Source: Pseudomonadota bacterium (lineage in GTDB: Bacteria > Bdellovibrionota_B > Oligoflexia > Oligoflexales > CAIMVM01). Taken from it: a stretch of DNA of 44,315 nt. The DNA lies in the NCBI GenBank assembly GCA_037142195.1, contig JBAXBA010000027.1, positions 1-44,315 of the forward strand, written 5' to 3'. The translations under genes were made by a program, and so were the position numbers. Shown piece after piece: positions 28,127-38,547 of this stretch; within the stretch, counting starts at the first letter, position 1, and every line of letters begins with the position of its first letter. Below the pieces are notes generated by a model. That model was not told where the DNA came from and searched no databases. It saw nothing but the letters and a program-made list of their open reading frames with translations.

Positions 28127-29452
28127 TTACCTTGGCAAAGGCAACTTTCGCTTACCGGAACCCTGCTTCAAAAAGCCCTCATAACGAAGGGATTGACGAT
28201 GGGCTTCAATCTGACGGAAAGTCTCAAGTGCCGTACCAACCACGATGAGTAAGCTAGTACCACCAAAGTAAAATTGAACATTAAAACGACCTGCGAGTAC
28301 CGCTGGTAAAACGCAGATAGCAGACATATAGAATGCGCCGACCAATGTCAAGCGATTCACAACTTTTTGCAAAAATTCTGCTGTTCTTGCTCCCGGACGA
28401 ATTCCAGGTACAAAACCACCGTGCTTTTTAAGGTTCTCCGCTATATCGTCAGCTTTGAATTGAATCGACGTATAAAAGAATGCAAAGAAAATAATGAGAG
28501 ACACAAAAATAGTTTCATACAACCAACCACCTGGTACAAAAACTCCGCCCAAAATCTCCGCGAACTTACTATGCGGAGCCACAGATGCAATGGTTACGGG
28601 AAACTGCAATAGGCTGGAAGCAAATATAGGTGGAATGACACCAGCAGAATTGATTCGAATAGGCAAATGTGAGTTCTGTCCTGCAAAGGTCTTTCGCCCA
28701 ACTTGTCTTTTTGCGTATTGAACTGGAACCTGTCTCGCACCCTGTTCAATAAAGACAACTCCTGCAATTACAACCACAACTATTGCAAGCAACAATACAA
28801 TCCTAAAAAGATCCATCTCTTGGTTATTATATTGAGAGTAAGTGTTTCCAATTACCCGGGGAAGACCCGCAATGATCCCTGAAAAAATGATCAAAGAGAT
28901 GCCGTTGCCAACTCCTCTTTCAGTGATTTGCTCTCCCAACCACATTACAAATGAGGTGCCTGCCGCCAAGGAAATAACTGTCAACATCTTCCATCCAAAT
29001 CCAGCATCTGGAACTATGGGAGACCCGTTAAAACTATTTCCAGCAAGTGTATTTGCAATCAAGTAACCCTGAATAATTGCGAGCACTACTGTAGCATATC
29101 TTGTGTACTGATTTATTTTTCTACGTCCCGCCTCACCTTCTTTTTGAAGTTGGTCCAGAGCTGGCACTACAACCGTCAAGAGCTGAGCGATAATAGACGC
29201 TGAAATATAAGGCATAACACCTAGAGCAAAAATAGAAAATCTTTCTAAAGCCCCGCCCGAAAACATATTAAACATGCCAAGAAGATTTCCTCCTTGGCCT
29301 TTAAAGAATGATCCCAAGGCATCTGTATCTACTCCAGGAATCGGAATATGAACGCCAATGCGATATAGCGCCAAAAATCCTAGAGTAAATAGGATTTTCT
29401 TTTGCAGTTGATTGATGGTTCCTTTAGGGAGACTTTGTATTACATCTGCCAC
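28127..29452 (-). CDS. secY: Preprotein translocase subunit SecY
   Basis: SIFALGVMPYISASII, WLGEQITERGVGNGISL, AGVIPPIFA, GGTSLLIVVG. Confidence 0.99.
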   Translation of the reverse strand: MADVIQSLPKGTINQLQKKILFTLGFLALYRIGVHIPIPGVDTDALGSFFKGQGGNLLGMFNMFSGGALERFSIFALGVMPYISASIIAQLLTVVVPALDQLQKEGEAGRRKINQYTRYATVVLAIIQGYLIANTLAGNSFNGSPIVPDAGFGWKMLTVISLAAGTSFVMWLGEQITERGVGNGISLIIFSGIIAGLPRVIGNTYSQYNNQEMDLFRIVLLLAIVVVVIAGVVFIEQGARQVPVQYAKRQVGRKTFAGQNSHLPIRINSAGVIPPIFASSLLQFPVTIASVAPHSKFAEILGGVFVPGGWLYETIFVSLIIFFAFFYTSIQFKADDIAENLKKHGGFVPGIRPGARTAEFLQKVVNRLTLVGAFYMSAICVLPAVLAGRFNVQFYFGGTSLLIVVGTALETFRQIEAHRQSLRYEGFLKQGSGKRKLPLPR

Positions 29453-29557
29453 TCATTTTCTCCTTAAGCCAGCTCCGTATATTCCCACTTGGTACAAAAT
29501 CGAACGAGTAGCTCGAGTGCCTGGCCATATGAGCAAGGCACATCTCTGCTGATAAAC

Positions 29558-30019
29558 CTATTTCTCAACAACTTCCTTAGTAGTCAGGGAACCGCCAGCT
29601 TTTTCAATGGCTAGTTTCGCTGAACCGCTTGCCTTGTCAATCTGAACATTAACTTTGCGCTCTAAAGACCCAGAACCCAATAGCTTTACGGGGATTCTAG
29701 TCGTCTTGATCAAGCCAAGCTTGAATAATGAATCTGCATTGACTACAGCACCATTTTCAAAGCGGTTGAGATCTTTCAAGTTTACTATACTAAAGTCGTT
29801 AGCAAACGGCTGATTAGAAAAGCCTGTCTTTGGAATGCGGCGGTAAAGGGGAGTTTGTCCGCCTTCGAAACCAGGTCTAATTCCGCCTGACTTACGGGCT
29901 TTTTGGCCCTTATGCCCTTTACCAGCTGTCTTGCCTAGACCCGAGCCAATTCCGCGTCCTAAACGCTTTGTTTTGCGGTGGGAGCCAGGAGCAGGTGACA
30001 AATTACCAAGATTTTTCAT
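29558..30019 (-). CDS. rplO: 50S ribosomal protein L15
   Basis: RLGRGIGSGLGKTAGKGHKGQKAR, FEGGQTPLYRR. Confidence 0.98.
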   Translation of the reverse strand: MKNLGNLSPAPGSHRKTKRLGRGIGSGLGKTAGKGHKGQKARKSGGIRPGFEGGQTPLYRRIPKTGFSNQPFANDFSIVNLKDLNRFENGAVVNADSLFKLGLIKTTRIPVKLLGSGSLERKVNVQIDKASGSAKLAIEKAGGSLTTKEVVEK

Positions 30020-30038
30020 AATATTTCCCAAACCTTAA

Positions 30039-30224
30039 TTATTTAACGATCTCGTAGGATATAAGGTGACAAACCTTGTTGACCATCCCTCGGATACAGT
30101 TGTTATCTTTATGCAACTTTTCTGAGTTAATTCCTTTTAACCCAAGAGCTTTTACAACTCTACGAAGTTTTTCAGGGTGACCACTCAGGCTGCGAACTTG
30201 TTTTACACGTATTTGTTGAGACAT
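30039..30224 (-). CDS. rpmD: 50S ribosomal protein L30
   Basis: KQVRS....LGL....IRGMVNKV; position between rpsE and rplO. Confidence 0.95.
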   Translation of the reverse strand: MSQQIRVKQVRSLSGHPEKLRRVVKALGLKGINSEKLHKDNNCIRGMVNKVCHLISYEIVK

Positions 30225-30241
30225 TTTTTATTCCTTGCCTA

Positions 30242-30769
30242 TCACTTTGCCACTGTATGGCGTGACTGGATTACTTCTTCTGGCGATTTTCCGCGGTTAG
30301 CGGCATAAACTTCGATCTTTTCAAGCTGTCTTAGTCCTTGAACCGTTGCTCGAACTACATTGTGATGATTTTTAGATCCATGAATCTTACTAATCATGTT
30401 CTGTAGGCCAGCAAGCTCCATAACCGTACGAGCAGCACCACCAGCAATAAGACCCTTACCTTCAGGAGCAGGCTTCATAACAATGCTGGATGCACCAAAG
30501 CGACCGACTACTTCGAATGGGATCGTTCCTTGAACGATAGGAACCATTACCATGTTCTTTTTAGCTTGTTCAGATGCTTTGCGAATCGCGTCTGGAACTT
30601 CGTTTGCCTTGCCTACGCCAAAGCCGATATTGCCGATTCCATCACCAACAACAACCAGTGCAGAAAAGCTAAAGCGACGACCGCCTTTAACCACTTTTGC
30701 AACCCGCGCTATATGTATGACGCGATCTTGTAAGGCATCATTTTCTTTTACTTGTTCTCTAGGTGCCAA
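30242..30769 (-). CDS. rpsE: 30S ribosomal protein S5
   Basis: [22 protein letters not shown]. Confidence 0.98.
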   Translation of the reverse strand: MAPREQVKENDALQDRVIHIARVAKVVKGGRRFSFSALVVVGDGIGNIGFGVGKANEVPDAIRKASEQAKKNMVMVPIVQGTIPFEVVGRFGASSIVMKPAPEGKGLIAGGAARTVMELAGLQNMISKIHGSKNHHNVVRATVQGLRQLEKIEVYAANRGKSPEEVIQSRHTVAK

Positions 30770-30783
30770 AGCGCTTCCCCTTT

Positions 30784-31143
30784 TTAGAATTGTAGTCCTG
30801 ATTCACGTGCGCCTTCTGCAAAGGCTTTTACGCGTCCATGATACTGGTTTCCGTTTCGATCGAATACTATTTTGCTAATATTCTTTGCAAGACAGCGTTC
30901 TCCAAGTTTTTTTCCTAACTCTTTACAGATCTCAACACTAGCGCGCTTATTTGACCCTTTTTCAAAAGAGCTGATGGAAACCACAGTGTTACCCGCTGTA
31001 TCATCGATGACTTGTGCATAGACATGTTCATTCGAGCGATAAAGCGACAGCCTTGGACGTTCCACAGTGCCGTTAATTTTAGACCGAATACGCAGCTTCC
31101 GACGCGCTCGTAATTCTGCTGATTTTTCAGATTTAGTTGACAT
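30784..31143 (-). CDS. rplR: 50S ribosomal protein L18
   Basis: [37 protein letters not shown]. Confidence 0.98.
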   Translation of the reverse strand: MSTKSEKSAELRARRKLRIRSKINGTVERPRLSLYRSNEHVYAQVIDDTAGNTVVSISSFEKGSNKRASVEICKELGKKLGERCLAKNISKIVFDRNGNQYHGRVKAFAEGARESGLQF

Positions 31144-31155
31144 ATTTTTCCTCGT

Positions 31156-31698
31156 TTACTTCTTACCGGCTGACTTACCAACTTTGGTAATAATTTTCTC
31201 ATCTGCATAACGGACGCCCTTACCGTGATACGGCTCAGGTGGTCTAAAGCCACGAATATTCGCCGCAGTCTGTCCAACTTTTTCCTTGTCTGCTCCAGCG
31301 ATAACAATCGTTGTGTTCTTATCAACAGTAATCGTCAGGCCTGCGTCGATTGGATAAATAACTGGGTGCGAAAACCCTAGAGTTAGCTGTAGCTCTTTAC
31401 CTGCTACAGCAGCTCTATAACCCACACCTATCAAGGTCAAGGTCTTTGTGTAGCCACTAGAGACACCAACGACCATGTTATTTACTAGAGTTCTAGAGAG
31501 GCCATGAAATTTACGATCTTCCAAAGCACCTGTTTTAGAGGTAACTAAAGCACTATCACCTTCGACAGCAACGCCGATGGAGGAGTGCAAACTTCTTTCT
31601 AGCTGGCCTTTTGGGCCCTTTACCGACACCTTAGTGCCAGTTAATTTAACTTCAACTCCCTTTGGAAGCTGAATAGGTTGTTTACCAATTCGAGACAT
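31156..31698 (-). CDS. rplF: 50S ribosomal protein L6
   Basis: MSRIGKQPI, GVGYRA, RPPEPYHGKGVRY. Confidence 0.99.
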   Translation of the reverse strand: MSRIGKQPIQLPKGVEVKLTGTKVSVKGPKGQLERSLHSSIGVAVEGDSALVTSKTGALEDRKFHGLSRTLVNNMVVGVSSGYTKTLTLIGVGYRAAVAGKELQLTLGFSHPVIYPIDAGLTITVDKNTTIVIAGADKEKVGQTAANIRGFRPPEPYHGKGVRYADEKIITKVGKSAGKK

Positions 31699-31707
31699 TA
31701 TAACCTC

Positions 31708-32109
31708 TTAATATATGGAGAGTAGGACTTCGCCGCCAACTTTGCGCTTACGCGCTTCGCGGCAGGTCATTACGCCCTGGCTAGTAGATAGAACTGCAAC
31801 CCCGAAACCGTTTCGGACAAAAGGTATTTTTTCAGCGCCAACATAGTATCGGCGAGAAGCTGTACTTTTTCGAATGACTTCATGAATAGTGGCAGCACCA
31901 TTCTCGTTGTACTTAAGAGCAATTTTTAACACACCCTGCTTGTTGTCTCGGATACATTTAAAAGCCCTAATAAAACCTTCTTGCTGAAGCACCATTGCTA
32001 TAGCAATTTTCAATTTTGAAGCAGGGATCGCAACAACATCGTGCTTTGCTTTTTGAGCATTGCGGATTCTTGTGATCATATCTGCTACTGGATCTGTTGT
32101 GTTCATCAT
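31708..32109 (-). CDS. rpsH: 30S ribosomal protein S8
   Basis: TDPVADMITRIRNA, LSTSQGVMT, VGGEVL. Confidence 0.98.
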   Translation of the reverse strand: MMNTTDPVADMITRIRNAQKAKHDVVAIPASKLKIAIAMVLQQEGFIRAFKCIRDNKQGVLKIALKYNENGAATIHEVIRKSTASRRYYVGAEKIPFVRNGFGVAVLSTSQGVMTCREARKRKVGGEVLLSIY

Positions 32110-32160
32110 TTACTCCAATTACTTGCGAACCTGTGAGATAGCATATAACCTAGCTATCTA

Positions 32161-32346
32161 TTACCAAGAAGCCTTTTTAACACCTGGAAGAAGTCCTTTG
32201 AGTGCCATCAGACGAAAGCAAATTCGGCATATGCCAAACTTTCTATAGACCGCCTTAGGTCTTCCACAACTGTTGCACCTTGTATAGGCACGTGTAGAAA
32301 ACTTAGGTTCTTTTTGACTTTTCATTACTAAAGCTAGACGAGCCAT
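32161..32346 (-). CDS. rpsN: 30S ribosomal protein S14 (short Zn-binding type Z)
   Basis: [21 protein letters not shown]...GVKKASW. Confidence 0.98.
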   Translation of the reverse strand: MARLALVMKSQKEPKFSTRAYTRCNSCGRPKAVYRKFGICRICFRLMALKGLLPGVKKASW

Positions 32347-32357
32347 TTGTCACCCTC

Positions 32358-32909
32358 TTATTGTTTACGGAACGGAAAGTTGAATTTATCTAAAAGAGCC
32401 TTAGCATAAGCATCGTTTGATGCAGTCGTTACCAATGTAACGCCCAAGCCTCTGAGTCTATCAACTTTATCATAGTCAATTTCAGGAAAAACGATTTGCT
32501 CTTTAAATCCAAGAGTATAGTTTCCACGACCGTCAAATGCCTTCGCGGAAAATCCCCTGAAGTCACGGATACGAGGTACCGCAATGTTTACCATGCGATC
32601 TAAAAATTCATACATTCTGTCGCCGCGTAAAGTTACACAACATCCGATCGGTTGGCCTTCTCTTAGCTTAAACCCTGCGATAGATTTTTTAGCGCGGGTA
32701 AGAATAGCTTTTTGCCCTGTAATCGCTTCTAGCTCTTTTACAGCTGCTTCCAAAATCTTAACATTTTGAACGGCTAATCCCTGACCAATATTCACGACAA
32801 TTTTCTCGAGCCTAGGAACATTCATAGAGTTTTCAATAGAAAGCTCTTTTTGAAGTTCTGCTACAGCTTTTTTGTAAACACCCGCTAACCGCGGCTTATT
32901 TTGTGACAC
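32358..32909 (-). CDS. rplE: 50S ribosomal protein L5
   Basis: [30 protein letters not shown]. Confidence 0.99.
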   Translation of the reverse strand: MSQNKPRLAGVYKKAVAELQKELSIENSMNVPRLEKIVVNIGQGLAVQNVKILEAAVKELEAITGQKAILTRAKKSIAGFKLREGQPIGCCVTLRGDRMYEFLDRMVNIAVPRIRDFRGFSAKAFDGRGNYTLGFKEQIVFPEIDYDKVDRLRGLGVTLVTTASNDAYAKALLDKFNFPFRKQ

Positions 32910-32957
32910 GACTTCTCTCCTTACTTCAGGCCAAGTACCTAAAGCTTTAAGTCTTGT

Positions 32958-33329
32958 TTATATAACTTCCGGAGCGAGTGAGGCGATCCGGATAAAACCC
33001 TTGTTACGAACTTCTCTAGCCACTGGTCCAAATATTCTGGTTCCAACTGGCTCGTTGTCTTTTCCTTTAATCAAAACGCAAGCGTTTTCATCAAATCTAA
33101 TTACGGAACCATCTTTTCTGATGGTATTATGCTTAATTCTTACAACTACAGCTTTATGAACTGAGCCTTTTTGAATCTTGCTGCTAGCCATAGCATCTTT
33201 TACAGAGACGACGATCACATCACCGACATCCGCAAAATGTTTGTGACTTCCGCCTAAAACCTTAATACACTTAAGGGTTTTAGCTCCAGAGTTGTCCCCT
33301 GCTTGAAGAACTGTTTCCATCTGAATCAT
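32958..33329 (-). CDS. rplN: 50S ribosomal protein L14
   Basis: MIQMET...[24 protein letters not shown]. Confidence 0.99.
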   Translation of the reverse strand: MIQMETVLQAGDNSGAKTLKCIKVLGGSHKHFADVGDVIVVSVKDAMASSKIQKGSVHKAVVVRIKHNTIRKDGSVIRFDENACVLIKGKDNEPVGTRIFGPVAREVRNKGFIRIASLAPEVI

Positions 33330-33340
33330 GGTTTTTCCCC

Positions 33341-33604
33341 TTAAGCTTTCTCAACTACGGCATAAAGACTAAAACGCTTTCTTGCGCTTAGCGGCCGAGT
33401 TTGTACGATCTCAACAACGTCTCCAATTTTCGTAGAGTTCGTCTCATCGTGAAACATATACTTAGTGGTTTTTCTTTGATATTTACCAAGAAGTGGATGC
33501 TTGACAAGGCGCTCTAGAGTAGCAACTCGTGTCTTCATCATTTTATCGCTGCTGACAACGCAGCGATATGTCTTAGGCTTTTCCGTAGCGGTTGTTGTAT
33601 TCAC
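33341..33604 (-). CDS. rpsQ: 30S ribosomal protein S17
   Basis: [31 protein letters not shown]. Confidence 0.97.
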   Translation of the reverse strand: MNTTTATEKPKTYRCVVSSDKMMKTRVATLERLVKHPLLGKYQRKTTKYMFHDETNSTKIGDVVEIVQTRPLSARKRFSLYAVVEKA

Positions 33605-33616
33605 TGTTTTTACCTC

Positions 33617-33814
33617 TTAGCCCTTCTTCTGGCCGCGAACTGTTAGAACGCGAGCAAGAGTTTTGCGTAAACCTCTGGTCTTGCCAGCGGTACGAGCTCC
33701 ATACACGTCCATTTTGAGAAGTGCAAGCTCTTTTCTAATTTCTCGTTCAATTTCAACACTTTTTGTCTTTTCTTGGCCACGAATGTCAGCCAAAGACAGC
33801 TTAACTAGATCCAT
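33617..33814 (-). CDS. rpmC: 50S ribosomal protein L29 (divergent)
   Basis: Position between rplP and rpsQ; RKEL..LKM and LRKTLARVLTV motifs. Confidence 0.85.
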   Translation of the reverse strand: MDLVKLSLADIRGQEKTKSVEIEREIRKELALLKMDVYGARTAGKTRGLRKTLARVLTVRGQKKG

Positions 33815-33822
33815 TTTTTACC

Positions 33823-34245
33823 TCATGCCCAAGGATCATCTTCCTTGGCAATAAATTTCGTTCTTAAAGGAAGCTTTGCAGCAGCTAATGAAAGAGCTTC
33901 TACCGCGGTTGTGCGATCTACGCCTCCCATTTCATAAAGCATCTTTCCAGACTGCACCTTAGCCACGTAGTATTCTACGGAACCTTTACCGTTACCCATA
34001 CGGACTTCAGCAGGCTTCTTAGTAACTGGGGTGTCAGGGAAAATCTTGATCCACACCTGACCGCCGCGCTTTGTGCGCCTAGTCATAGCAATACGAGCTG
34101 CTTCGATTTGACGCGAAGTTATTCGGCCGCATTCAACTGCCATAAGCCCAAATTCACCGAAAGCAAGATGAGTACCGCGGCATGCTTGTCCGTCGACTCT
34201 GCCCTTGTGTTGCTTTCTCCATTTCATCTTTTTAGGTGCCAACAT
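33823..34245 (-). CDS. rplP: 50S ribosomal protein L16
   Basis: [34 protein letters not shown]. Confidence 0.99.
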   Translation of the reverse strand: MLAPKKMKWRKQHKGRVDGQACRGTHLAFGEFGLMAVECGRITSRQIEAARIAMTRRTKRGGQVWIKIFPDTPVTKKPAEVRMGNGKGSVEYYVAKVQSGKMLYEMGGVDRTTAVEALSLAAAKLPLRTKFIAKEDDPWA

Positions 34246-34262
34246 TGGCTAACCTCCCGATC

Positions 34263-34901
34263 TTAAGCGTTATCTAGTACGTCGCCTTTAAATACCCAAA
34301 CCTTGACACCAATCAACCCGTAAGTTGTTAATGCTTCGGCTGTACCATAATCTATGTCAGCTCTGATGGTATGCAAAGGAACTCGTCCCTCAGCATAACG
34401 CTCAACGCGTGTCATATCTGCCCCATTCAACCGGCCTGAAAGCTGAACTTTACATCCTTTTGCGCCAGCTTTTAATGCTGTAGCAATAGCCTTCTTCATC
34501 GCCCGACGAAAAGAAACCCTTTTAACTAATTGCTGCCTTATGCTGTCTGCAATAAGAGTCGCGTCAGAATCAGGTTTTTTAACCTCTAAAACGTTAAGAT
34601 TAGCTTCGCTGCTTAGCTTGCAGGCCTTCATGATTTTGGCCTTTAGCTGTTCAGCTCCCGCTCCTTTTTTCCCGATAATGATACCTGGACGACTAGAGTG
34701 AATGTTGATCTTTAGGTTCTTTGCAGCTCGTTCAATTTCCACTCTGGCCACGCCAGCGGAATCAAACTCCTTAGCAATGAACTTTCTAATGCGCATATCT
34801 TCTTTTAGAAGCTCTGCATAATTATGGTTCGCAAACCATTTTGATGACCACTGAGTCGTGACACCAAGTCTAAAACCGATTGGATTTACTTTTTGTCCCA
34901 T
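34263..34901 (-). CDS. rpsC: 30S ribosomal protein S3
   Basis: MGQKVNPIGFRLG, RPGIIIGKKG, GRVPLHTIRADIDY. Confidence 0.99.
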   Translation of the reverse strand: MGQKVNPIGFRLGVTTQWSSKWFANHNYAELLKEDMRIRKFIAKEFDSAGVARVEIERAAKNLKINIHSSRPGIIIGKKGAGAEQLKAKIMKACKLSSEANLNVLEVKKPDSDATLIADSIRQQLVKRVSFRRAMKKAIATALKAGAKGCKVQLSGRLNGADMTRVERYAEGRVPLHTIRADIDYGTAEALTTYGLIGVKVWVFKGDVLDNA

Positions 34902-34913
34902 TAGGTCAACCTC

Positions 34914-35261
34914 TTAAACTTCACGAAGTTTTATCGTGATGTGTGAACTCTTTTTTCTGATACCAGAAGCACTACCTTTTGCACGAGGTAGGAACCGTCT
35001 TAGCATTGGACCTTCATCAACGAAGGCTTCAGAAACAACCAAACTATCCACATCAACCGAACTTGACTGTTGTGCATTGGCTATAGCAGAGCTAATTAAT
35101 TTAAAAACCACTGGAGCCCCACGCTTGTTTAAGAAGCGTACTGTGTCCAATGCGTCTTGGACTTGCTTTCCCCTCACCAGATCTACTACGAGTCTAGCTT
35201 TACGGGCACCGATTCTTACACCAGTGAGTTTTGCGCTGTAGGATTGAGACATTGTTTTCAT
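34914..35261 (-). CDS. rplV: 50S ribosomal protein L22
   Basis: RKARLVVDLVRGK, SAIANA, VDEGP.LRRF.PRAKG. Confidence 0.98.
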   Translation of the reverse strand: MKTMSQSYSAKLTGVRIGARKARLVVDLVRGKQVQDALDTVRFLNKRGAPVVFKLISSAIANAQQSSSVDVDSLVVSEAFVDEGPMLRRFLPRAKGSASGIRKKSSHITIKLREV

Positions 35262-35268
35262 TCCTTAA

Positions 35269-35541
35269 TTACTTCGTTGTCGCTTTTTTATCACCAGAGT
35301 GACCGGTAAATGTACGTGTAGGAGCAAATTCTCCGAGCTTATGCCCAACCATGTTCTCACTTACAAATACTGGCACGAACTTTTTGCCATTGTGCACAGC
35401 AAATGTTAGACCAACAAAGTCAGGAAGGATTGTAGAGCGTCTGCTCCACGTCTTGATTGGCTTCTTATCCTTACGGGATACTTCAGCTTTTTTGAATAGG
35501 TACTCATCAACGAAAGGACCTTTTTTAATTGATCTAGGCAC
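35269..35541 (-). CDS. rpsS: 30S ribosomal protein S19
   Basis: [33 protein letters not shown]. Confidence 0.99.
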   Translation of the reverse strand: MPRSIKKGPFVDEYLFKKAEVSRKDKKPIKTWSRRSTILPDFVGLTFAVHNGKKFVPVFVSENMVGHKLGEFAPTRTFTGHSGDKKATTK

Positions 35542-35553
35542 GGGTTCCTCCGA

Positions 35554-36378
35554 TTACTTGGTGCGACGCTTGATTATAAAACGATCAGTCCGCTTGTTGT
35601 GGCGGGTCTTGTAACCCTTAGTAGGTAGAGCCCATGGAGACACCGGATGGCGACCACCAGAGGTACGACCTTCACCACCACCGTGTGGGTGATCAACTGG
35701 ATTCATTACAACACCGCGAACTGTAGGGCGAATTCCAAGGTAACGGCTCTTGCCCGCTTTTCCAAGTTTTACGTTGATGTGATCAGCATTTGATACTACA
35801 CCAATTGTTGCCATGCAATCTTCTTTGACTAATCGCATTTCACCAGAAGGCATCCGCAATTGTGCGTTACCTTCGGTTCTACCTACTAGTTGGCAATAGC
35901 CTCCAGCAGATCTTGCAATTTGTCCGCCTTTACCAGGCTTCAACTCAACGTTATGCACCATAGTTCCTAGAGGAACATTTTTTAATGGCATCGCGTTTCC
36001 TGGTTTCACATCGACTTTATCAGCCGCCAAAACCGTTGCGCCCTTTTCTAGGCCTGCTGGAGCAATAATATAAGCTCTTTCGCCGTCTTTGAATAGGATT
36101 CGAGCTATGAATGCGGTTCGGTTAGGATCATATTCTAGATACTCTACAGTACCTGGAACTTCTCGCTTCACTCGCTTGAAGTCAATAATTCTATAGTGCC
36201 TGCGTACGCCACCACCTTGGTGCCTCGTAGTGATACGACCCATATTGTTTCGACCGCCTTGGCCACGAATCACATCGATTAGCGGCTTAAACGGCTCAAC
36301 TTTATCTAGGCCGCTGTAGTCTACCGTCTTCATTTGTCGGCGACCTGGTGTTATTCCTTTATAGCTTTTGATACCCAT
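35554..36378 (-). CDS. rplB: 50S ribosomal protein L2
   Basis: [38 protein letters not shown]. Confidence 0.99.
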   Translation of the reverse strand: MGIKSYKGITPGRRQMKTVDYSGLDKVEPFKPLIDVIRGQGGRNNMGRITTRHQGGGVRRHYRIIDFKRVKREVPGTVEYLEYDPNRTAFIARILFKDGERAYIIAPAGLEKGATVLAADKVDVKPGNAMPLKNVPLGTMVHNVELKPGKGGQIARSAGGYCQLVGRTEGNAQLRMPSGEMRLVKEDCMATIGVVSNADHINVKLGKAGKSRYLGIRPTVRGVVMNPVDHPHGGGEGRTSGGRHPVSPWALPTKGYKTRHNKRTDRFIIKRRTK

Positions 36379-36401
36379 TGTATCTATGCCCTCTCAGCAG
36401 A

Positions 36402-36689
36402 TTATTTATCTTCAAAAATCGGTAACGTCTGACCTTCTGCCAAAGCTACTACAGCTTTTTTAGCGGCAGTACTTAAGTGAAGATGCATTCCACGTCGCCT
36501 AACTTTTCCTCGTGTAATTAACGTATTCACTTGAGTTACTTTAACTCCCCACATTGCCTCAATAGCCGTCTTGACGTCTACCTTTGTCGCTTGCTTGTGG
36601 ACTAGGAAAGTATATTTCTTGCCTGTTTCCCTAGTTTCATTACTCTTTTCAGAGAGCACTGGTTTAAGGAGTACTTCATATGGATTCAT
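36402..36689 (-). CDS. rplW: 50S ribosomal protein L23
   Basis: PVLSEKS, YTFLV...ATK..VK.AIE, KKAVV. Confidence 0.96.
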   Translation of the reverse strand: MNPYEVLLKPVLSEKSNETRETGKKYTFLVHKQATKVDVKTAIEAMWGVKVTQVNTLITRGKVRRRGMHLHLSTAAKKAVVALAEGQTLPIFEDK

Positions 36690-37321
36690 TACTCTTTACC
36701 CTCAAAGCGCTGTTGCAGAGCACGAACTGCAGTTTCAGATAGAATCAGTGCTTCGTGTCTTAGCACATTTTCTGCATTAATCTCAGTTGGGGCTAAAACT
36801 CCAGCACCATAAAGATTTCTTGCTGATTTAAATAGAAAATCGTCTTTTCTCTCATCAGAAAGAAGAGCTTTGTTGCTTCCATTATTGAGAGTACTCAGAA
36901 TGGATAGTACGGCCTTAGTGCTATACTTGCTTATTGCAAAATCGTCTACAACTATAAGTTTTTTATGGCGAATTTTGTCGGAAAGAGCAACTTTTAGCGC
37001 AAGTTGCTTAACTTGCTTGTTTACTGCTTGACGATAGTCTCTTGGCTGTGGGCCATGAGCTACAGCACCACCTGGCATATGAGGGCCACGAGTAGAGCCT
37101 TGTCTTGCTCCACCAGTACCTTTTTGTTTAAATGGCTTCTTGCCGCTTCCGCTTACTAAAGATCTAGTTTTAGTAGCGTGCGTCCCTTGTCTGCGATTTG
37201 CCTGGTACGCCTTGACCACAGAGTGAAGCACAGCTTCGTTCATTTCGAGACCATAAATTTCTTCAGGAAGTTCGATAGTTCGAACCGTTTGTCCTTTGAT
37301 ATTAACTACATCTAATTTCAT
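36689..37321 (-). CDS. rplD: 50S ribosomal protein L4
   Basis: RQGTHATKTRS.VSG.GKKP.KQKGTG.ARQGS. Confidence 0.98.
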   Translation of the reverse strand: MKLDVVNIKGQTVRTIELPEEIYGLEMNEAVLHSVVKAYQANRRQGTHATKTRSLVSGSGKKPFKQKGTGGARQGSTRGPHMPGGAVAHGPQPRDYRQAVNKQVKQLALKVALSDKIRHKKLIVVDDFAISKYSTKAVLSILSTLNNGSNKALLSDERKDDFLFKSARNLYGAGVLAPTEINAENVLRHEALILSETAVRALQQRFEGKE

Positions 37322-37341
37322 TTGATAGCTCCAGTCCTTCC

Positions 37342-37989
37342 TTAGCGCGTTTTGATAGAAGGTCTAATTTCAAGAAACACATGCGTGCCTCCGGGAACTG
37401 AGCCTTTTACCGCTAGAAGATTGTTAGCCGTATCCACATCAACAACCTTAAGGTTTTGCATTGTTATGCGTTCGGTGCCCATGTGACCAGGCATTTTTTT
37501 GTTTTTAACGACGCGGCCTGGACTTGTGTTAGCTCCAAGGGATCCGGTTCGTCTATGATACATCGATCCGTGAGTCATGCGACCGATTTTCGATCCGTGT
37601 CTCTTAATTGCGCCTTGGAAGCCTCGTCCTTTGGTCTCACCGCTAACATCAACTGATGTAACGCCTTCTAACAAAGATGCGCCAATAGTTGCTCCTACTT
37701 CGTGAGCTACTGGCTTTGATGTTCTGAACTCTCTGAAATTAGAGAAATTCTCTTCTACGCCCGTTTTGCGTAAACGCGTTATATCAGATTTATTGAGATT
37801 CTTTTCAGCTTTAAGAAAAAAGCCTATTTGGTAGGCGTTATAGCCGTCGCGTTCTTCTGTAAGCACCTTTGTAACTTTTTGCTCTTCTACTTGGAGAAGA
37901 GTTACGGGAATCACATTGCCTTTTGCATCGGTCATGCGCGTCATGCCGACTTTTCTAGCTATGAGTCCTTGTTCGCTGTGGTTTGCCAT
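37342..37989 (-). CDS. rplC: 50S ribosomal protein L3
   Basis: KVGMT, KGRGFQGAIKRH, KKMPGHMG, VKGSVPG. Confidence 0.98.
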   Translation of the reverse strand: MANHSEQGLIARKVGMTRMTDAKGNVIPVTLLQVEEQKVTKVLTEERDGYNAYQIGFFLKAEKNLNKSDITRLRKTGVEENFSNFREFRTSKPVAHEVGATIGASLLEGVTSVDVSGETKGRGFQGAIKRHGSKIGRMTHGSMYHRRTGSLGANTSPGRVVKNKKMPGHMGTERITMQNLKVVDVDTANNLLAVKGSVPGGTHVFLEIRPSIKTR

Positions 37990-38072
37990 TGCCTGGAACC
38001 TACTGTATGAGAATTAAACCTATGTTCGGCACTTTGCCGAACTCCTCTAAATTCCTAAAACAACCCTACTTG

Positions 38073-38384
38073 TTAATAGAGTTTGATTTCTACATCCACC
38101 CCTGAAGCAAGATCAAGCTTCATGAGAGCATCAATAGTCTGCTGCTTTGGTTCAAGAATATCCAAAACTCTTTTGTGAGTTCTGATCTCGAACTGCTCTC
38201 TAGACTTCTTATCGACGTGAGGCGATCGAAGTACAGTGTAGCGATTGATTGCTGTCGGGAGTGGAATCGGGCCAGCTACGCGTGCACCAGTCTTTTTGGC
38301 GCGCTCGACGATTTCCGCAGCCGATTTGTCGATTAAGCGATAATCAAATCCTCTTAAACGAATGCGAATTTTTTGGCTTTGCAT
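38073..38384 (-). CDS. rpsJ: 30S ribosomal protein S10
   Basis: [35 protein letters not shown]. Confidence 0.99.
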   Translation of the reverse strand: MQSQKIRIRLRGFDYRLIDKSAAEIVERAKKTGARVAGPIPLPTAINRYTVLRSPHVDKKSREQFEIRTHKRVLDILEPKQQTIDALMKLDLASGVDVEIKLY

Positions 38385-38547
38385 GATTTTCCTTCCGCGA
38401 GATACACAGCCTAGCCGTCATTGACTAGCTGTTTCCGGAAAGGGTCTTTTTTGATGGGCTTATGCTTTGTATACGAAAAACTTAGTAATCTAAAGTTCTT
38501 CGATGGCATAGGCTTGTCAAACAAGCTTACCTAACCTTGGAGGGCGC

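Noticed and set aside
26632..38010. Numerous short plus-strand ORFs across the ribosomal operon
   Set aside because: Antisense shadows of conserved r-protein genes.
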